A program made the translations under genes and the position numbers. DNA of 61,067 bases, filler included. It is 4 parts of 4 records of this genome, joined end to end, with 100 filler letters (N's around TTAATTAATTAA, not from the genome) between each part and the next. Parts side by side here need not be neighbours in the genome. Positions count along the whole stretch, not along the records: positions 52,770 to 61,067 come from SRR2962707_4913; 3 more parts are not named here. One strand, written 5' to 3'. Below are positions 56,428 to 61,067 of this stretch, one piece after another. Position 1 is the first letter of the stretch; the number at the start of each line of letters is the position of its first letter. The notes below the pieces were generated by a model. That model had not been told where the DNA came from. It ran no database searches and saw nothing but the letters and a program-made list of their open reading frames with translations.

Positions 56428-57546
56428 ATGACGATCTCGGATGATCTTTATGCCGCGCGACTGACCATCGATCTCGATACGGTTGCGACGAATTACCGTC
56501 TCCTGCAGGGGAAACTCGACACTGCCGGTGCACGCACCGGCGCCGCCGTGAAAGGTGACGGTTACGGGTTGGGTGCCCGGCCGGTCGTTCGCGCCCTGTC
56601 AGCTGCCGGCTGCACGGATTTCTTTGTCGCCCATCCTCACGAAGGAGTCGTTGTCCGCGACGAATTACCGGACGTTGGCATTCATGTTCTGAACGGCCCT
56701 CTGCCGGACGCTATTGACGACTATCTTCATTATGGCCTAACGCCGGTGTTGAACTCGCTTGGCGATATCCAACTTTGGCAAGATGCCGCAAGGGCCCGTG
56801 ACACGTCCCTAAGAGCGGACATACATATCGATACCGGTATGTGCCGCCTCGGTCTCGACCTGACTGAAACCGAAACCTTCCTGGCCGAAGCCGACACGTT
56901 CCTGGAAGGCATTGATCTCGGCCTCGTCATGAGCCACCTCGCCAGTGCGGATGTGGTCGACAGCGATCAGAGTGCGCGTCAGCTCAGCTTATTCCGAAGT
57001 GCCTATAAAAAACTTGGGCGCGGCACCCCATCGCTCTGCAACTCATCAGGCATTTTTCTTGGCGCCGACTACCATTATGCCGTCGCCCGTCCCGGCGTGG
57101 CTCTATACGGCGGCAATCCTACACCGCATTTGGACAATCCGATGGCCAATCCTGTCCGCCTGGAAGCCCGGATACTCCAAATCCGGCAGGTGACCGCACC
57201 GGAAACCATCGGCTATGGCGCTTCCCATGCCATTACCGAACCCCGCAGGATTGCGACCGTCCCGATCGGTTACGCCGACGGATATCATAGAGCTGGCTCC
57301 AACACCGGCTTTGCGACAATCGACGGCCACAAAGCCCCGATCGTCGGTCGCGTTTCAATGGATCTGATCACCCTGGACGTCACCGATGTGCCTGAACATC
57401 TGGCCCACCCGGGCGCCATGGCCGAGTTTCTGGGTGAACACAGAACCCCTGACGATATCGCCCGGGATTGGCAGACCATTCCCTATGAAGTATTAACCGG
57501 TCTCGGGCGACGATATGCCCGCACTTATATAGGGACTGGGGCATGA
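56428..57546 (+). CDS. alr: Alanine racemase
   Basis: AVKGDGYGLG PLP-lysine motif, DTGMCRLG, MSHLASAD, GYADG, GRVSMD and TIPYEVLT. Confidence 0.95.
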   Translation: MTISDDLYAARLTIDLDTVATNYRLLQGKLDTAGARTGAAVKGDGYGLGARPVVRALSAAGCTDFFVAHPHEGVVVRDELPDVGIHVLNGPLPDAIDDYLHYGLTPVLNSLGDIQLWQDAARARDTSLRADIHIDTGMCRLGLDLTETETFLAEADTFLEGIDLGLVMSHLASADVVDSDQSARQLSLFRSAYKKLGRGTPSLCNSSGIFLGADYHYAVARPGVALYGGNPTPHLDNPMANPVRLEARILQIRQVTAPETIGYGASHAITEPRRIATVPIGYADGYHRAGSNTGFATIDGHKAPIVGRVSMDLITLDVTDVPEHLAHPGAMAEFLGEHRTPDDIARDWQTIPYEVLTGLGRRYARTYIGTGA

Positions 57547-58331
57547 TGAATCCATTACGGCCAATCGGGGGAGGTTTCCTGGCGTTTCTCGCCACCACCG
57601 GCAGATTGGCGATGTTCACCCTCAACAGCGTATCTCATTGCGTCCGCCCCCCTTTCTATGGCCGCCAGTTGCTGAGGCAGATTATTGAAATTGGTTTCTT
57701 TACCCTGCCCGTCGTCGGCCTGACGGCGATTTTCGCCGGCATGGTGCTGGCACTTCAAAGCTATACCGGGTTTGCCCGCTTCTCGGCTGAAGGTGCCATT
57801 GCCAATGTTGTGGTACTCTCCATAACCCGCGAACTCGGCCCCGTCCTTGGCGGCCTCATGATCGCCGGGCGGATCGGCGCAGCCATGGCTGCTGAAATCG
57901 GGACCATGCGGGTCACGGAGCAGGTCGATGCACTGACCACACTCTCCACCAATCCGATGAAATACCTGGTGGCACCGCGTCTTATTGCCGGCACCCTGAT
58001 GTTGCCGCTGGTGATTTTCATTGCCGATATCATCGGCGTTTTCGGCGGCTACCTGGTGGCGGTCTACAAGCTCGGTTTCAATCCCTCAAATTATCTCCAG
58101 AACACCTGGGAGTTTCTAACCCCACTGGACGTGATTTCGGGTCTCGTTAAAGCCTCGGTCTTCGGCTTTATCACGACGCTGATGGGGTGTTATCACGGCT
58201 TTTATTCCGGGGGCGGCGCACAGGGCGTCGGCAAGGCGACAACCAATGCCGTGGTCTCGGCTTCGATCCTGATCCTGTGCTTCAACTACATCCTGACCCT
58301 CCTGTTCTTCTCTAAAGATGTCACAGGATAA
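57543..58331 (+). CDS. mlaE: MlaE-family ABC permease
   Basis: RELGPVL, AAEIGTMRVTEQVDAL and GAQGVGKATT motifs. Confidence 0.92.
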   Translation: MMNPLRPIGGGFLAFLATTGRLAMFTLNSVSHCVRPPFYGRQLLRQIIEIGFFTLPVVGLTAIFAGMVLALQSYTGFARFSAEGAIANVVVLSITRELGPVLGGLMIAGRIGAAMAAEIGTMRVTEQVDALTTLSTNPMKYLVAPRLIAGTLMLPLVIFIADIIGVFGGYLVAVYKLGFNPSNYLQNTWEFLTPLDVISGLVKASVFGFITTLMGCYHGFYSGGGAQGVGKATTNAVVSASILILCFNYILTLLFFSKDVTG

Positions 58332-59103
58332 TATCGCCAAGATCCGGCTGTCCGGCGTTCGCAAAACCTTTGCGAATGGACGCAAAGTGGTGCTGGATCA
58401 TGTCGACCTGGATATCGGCAAAGGCGAAAGCGTCGTTATCATCGGTGGCTCAGGGACCGGCAAATCCGTCACCATCAAGTGCATGCTGGGGCTTTTGAAG
58501 CCGGACAGTGGGTCTATTACCATAGACGGCCGTGAAGTCACGACCATGCCCCCCGGTGAACGTGAAGACATCAACCGTCAGGTCGGCATGCTGTTCCAGG
58601 CCGCTGCCCTGTTTGATTCGCTGCCGATCTGGGAGAACGTCGCATTCGGTCTGCTTGCCAGAAAACAATGCACCCGCAAGGATGCCAGGGATATCGCCAC
58701 GGAAAAACTGCGCCTTGTGGGTCTGGCACCGGATGTGCTGGACCTGTCACCGGCAGAACTCTCAGGCGGCATGCAGAAACGTGTCGGCCTCGCCCGCGCC
58801 ATCGCCACCAACCCTGAAATCATCTTTTTTGACGAACCGACCACCGGCCTTGATCCGATCATGGCGGACGTCATCAACAACCTGATCGTACACGTCAATC
58901 AGACGGTCGGTGCCACCGCCGTGACCATCACCCACGACATGGCGTCCGCACGTAAGATCGGCGACCGCATTGCTATGCTTCATGAAGGCCGCATCATCTG
59001 GGCGGGGCCGACCGACGCCATCGATCATTCCGACAATCCATACGTTGATCAGTTCATCCACGGCCGTGCCGATGGCCCGATTAAAATGGCGGTGAGAAAC
59101 TAG
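58318..59103 (+). CDS. mlaF: MlaF-family ABC ATPase
   Basis: GGSGTGKS, FQAAALFDS, ELSGGMQKRVGLARA and DEPTTGLDP motifs. Confidence 0.9.
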   Translation: MSQDNIAKIRLSGVRKTFANGRKVVLDHVDLDIGKGESVVIIGGSGTGKSVTIKCMLGLLKPDSGSITIDGREVTTMPPGEREDINRQVGMLFQAAALFDSLPIWENVAFGLLARKQCTRKDARDIATEKLRLVGLAPDVLDLSPAELSGGMQKRVGLARAIATNPEIIFFDEPTTGLDPIMADVINNLIVHVNQTVGATAVTITHDMASARKIGDRIAMLHEGRIIWAGPTDAIDHSDNPYVDQFIHGRADGPIKMAVRN

Positions 59104-59226
59104 TTCACCGCATTATCTTTCGGACAAGCCGCAGGGCTGATCCGAACCCCATGTATAGACAAGCGCAGAATTGGGAACGGGTCCCGGCTCAAGGCCGGGC
59201 GGTAAATTGTCTTGGCAACGGACCAT

Positions 59227-59871
59227 TCACACCAAGCCGTCCAACTCGGGCATTTTATATAACTCGAACAGCGGGCCTGTTTTGTCGCGTTTTCTGACAT
59301 TGGCACAAATGCGAGCGATTTTAGGCACCCGTTTCAGCAGCGCCGGGGTGTCGTAGTGCCAGCAGACTGTCGCCGCCAGATAAACGTCCACCAGGCTGAA
59401 TGCAGTGCCCATGAACCAGGGCCCTTCCCCGGCAGCTTCCTCGACAACGTCGAACGCTCTGTCCCAGCGATCCTCGGCGGCGGCGCGCACGCCTGCGATA
59501 CCATCCGGATCCGTCGTGTACCGGTCGGCATAGCTGTGTCGAAGATCAACCTCGTAGATATTGCATATAATATGCATCAACCAGTGGTATGCCACCGCCC
59601 GTTCCGTGCTGCCTATAGCCGGTAGAACGCCGGATTCCGGGTGACGTTCGGCAAGGGCAAGAGAGATCGCAAGCGATTCGCACAACACAGTACCATCGGG
59701 CAACACGAGCGCCGGAATCTGTTTCATCGGTGAAATTTTTTCGAATGCCGGATCGTCGACACGGCCATTGGTTCTGTTGACGGTTTTCCGCGTGAATTCG
59801 ATCCCGGCCTCGCTGAGCACCGTATCCGGGGCGATTGCACTGGTTCTGTGGCCCCAAAAAAGTGTGTACAT
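59227..59871 (-). CDS. Glutathione S-transferase family protein
   Basis: SPMKQIPALVLPDG-ESLAI N-domain and FSLVDVYL N-capping box. Confidence 0.88.
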   Translation of the reverse strand: MYTLFWGHRTSAIAPDTVLSEAGIEFTRKTVNRTNGRVDDPAFEKISPMKQIPALVLPDGTVLCESLAISLALAERHPESGVLPAIGSTERAVAYHWLMHIICNIYEVDLRHSYADRYTTDPDGIAGVRAAAEDRWDRAFDVVEEAAGEGPWFMGTAFSLVDVYLAATVCWHYDTPALLKRVPKIARICANVRKRDKTGPLFELYKMPELDGLV

Positions 59872-59994
59872 AAAAAATCACCCCCTCATGAATAGTCTGG
59901 AAGCTTAACCCCGTGGCATTCAAAAAACGAGGCTGCTTGCGGCAAGCCCCGCTATAGCTTAAGCCTCAATCTCTCAGGGCTGAGGGAGCGTGGC

Positions 59995-61067
59995 TTGGCC
60001 AAAGCAAAATCCGTCTACGTCTGCCAGGAATGCGGCGCCACACATCCGAAATGGATGGGCCGTTGTGATGCCTGTGGTGCCTGGAACAGCCTCACCGAAG
60101 AAACCGGCACCGAAAGTGCCCCCAAAGGCCTCGGGTCGAAGCGCGGCAAAAAAATCGAGTTCGTCGGGCTCGATGGCCATGAAAAAGATCCGCCGCGCCG
60201 TGTTGCGGGCATTGAAGAGTTCGACCGCGTGCTGGGCGGCGGCCTCGTTCCAGGTTCCGCCGTTCTTGTCGGCGGCGATCCCGGGATCGGCAAATCGACC
60301 CTGCTGATGCAGGTCACGGCGAAACTCGCCGGGGGCGGCAAGACACTCTACATTTCTGGCGAGGAAGCGATTGCCCAGCTCAGGCTCCGCGCTCGACGAC
60401 TGGGCCTCGACAAGGCACCCGTGGCATTGGCCGCGGCGACGAATGTCCGCGATATCGTCTCGACACTGGATACGCCGGAACATATCGATGTCGTTGTCAT
60501 TGATTCCATTCAGACCATGTTCCTGGACAACCTTGAGTCTGCGCCGGGAACCGTTTCTCAGGTCCGGGCATCGGCCCAGGAACTGATCCGCCTCGCCAAA
60601 CGCCGCGGATTTGCTCTTTTACTCGTTGGCCATGTGACCAAGGAAGGCACGATTGCCGGCCCCCGGGTGCTGGAACATATGGTTGATACGGTTCTGCACT
60701 TTGAAGGTGAGCGCTCACATCAATTCAGGATTCTTCGTGCCGTCAAAAACCGGTTTGGGCCGGCGGATGAAATCGGTGTGTTCGAAATGTCTGACGGCGG
60801 TCTGGTTGAGGTGTCGAACCCATCTGAGCTGTTTCTCGGTGAACGTGAAGGAGATGTGTCCGGTGCTGCCGTTTTTGCCGGTATCGAAGGTACGCGTCCG
60901 GTTCTCGTTGAAATTCAGGCACTTGTCGCGCCCAGTGCCTTGGCGACGCCGCGCCGTGCCGTGATCGGGTGGGATAGCGGACGCTTGGCTATGGTTATGG
61001 CCGTACTGGACGCTCGCTGCGGGCTTGCATTGGGGCCGCTGGATGTGTACCTGAACGTCGCCGGCGG
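59995..61067 (+). CDS. radA: DNA repair protein RadA/Sms, partial (runs off the window)
   Basis: Not in the ORF track. TTG 59995 after GAGGGAG gives MAKAKSVYVCQECG...WMGRCDACGAWNS (C4 zinc finger), GGDPGIGKSTL, YISGEE and KNRFG. Confidence 0.96.
   Translation, partial: MAKAKSVYVCQECGATHPKWMGRCDACGAWNSLTEETGTESAPKGLGSKRGKKIEFVGLDGHEKDPPRRVAGIEEFDRVLGGGLVPGSAVLVGGDPGIGKSTLLMQVTAKLAGGGKTLYISGEEAIAQLRLRARRLGLDKAPVALAAATNVRDIVSTLDTPEHIDVVVIDSIQTMFLDNLESAPGTVSQVRASAQELIRLAKRRGFALLLVGHVTKEGTIAGPRVLEHMVDTVLHFEGERSHQFRILRAVKNRFGPADEIGVFEMSDGGLVEVSNPSELFLGEREGDVSGAAVFAGIEGTRPVLVEIQALVAPSALATPRRAVIGWDSGRLAMVMAVLDARCGLALGPLDVYLNVAG

Noticed and set aside
57543..59103. mlaEF without mlaD/mlaC
   Set aside because: Split mla loci are common in Alphaproteobacteria.
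1..61067. CRISPR arrays, tRNA/rRNA genes, riboswitches, prophage or defence genes
   Set aside because: No spaced repeats or recognisable RNA or phage signatures were seen by eye; an Rfam/Infernal scan would be needed to exclude small RNAs.

Overview
This window is four unrelated contigs joined by artificial 100-nt N/TTAATTAATTAA linkers (17588-17687, 44627-44726, 52670-52769), so adjacency across a linker means nothing. Taxonomic labels are my inference from protein style and gene order. Contig 1 (1-17587, GC-rich, Marinobacter-like gammaproteobacterium) carries a 12-gene alginate biosynthesis operon in the rearranged order algD-8-44-K-E-G-I-J-F-X-L-A (algA cut by the window edge), then the start of a LiuR-controlled leucine/isovalerate locus. 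Contig 2 (17688-44626, lower GC, Rhizobiales-like) carries a HxlR/quinone-reductase pair, a full C-P lyase phosphonate operon with Pho boxes, a five-gene cluster with an iron-type operator (Cys-rich unknown, imelysin, di-haem oxidoreductase, imelysin, DUF1513), housekeeping genes (merR-like, ihfA, fabH, plsX, yceD, bamE) and a membrane pyrophosphatase. Contig 3 (44727-52669, Rhodobacteraceae-like) is a four-gene two-component island with no output domain, followed by an internally deleted IS5/IS903-group remnant. Contig 4 (52770-61067, alphaproteobacterial) is rpsR-DUF2232-rplI-dnaB-alr-mlaE-mlaF-(gst)-radA, with three DnaA boxes before dnaB. The best candidates for an undescribed system are the imelysin/di-haem cluster with its Cys-rich leader protein, and the rearranged alginate operon with a perfect sigmaE/AlgU promoter pointing away from algD. 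No CRISPR array, rRNA or tRNA was seen.
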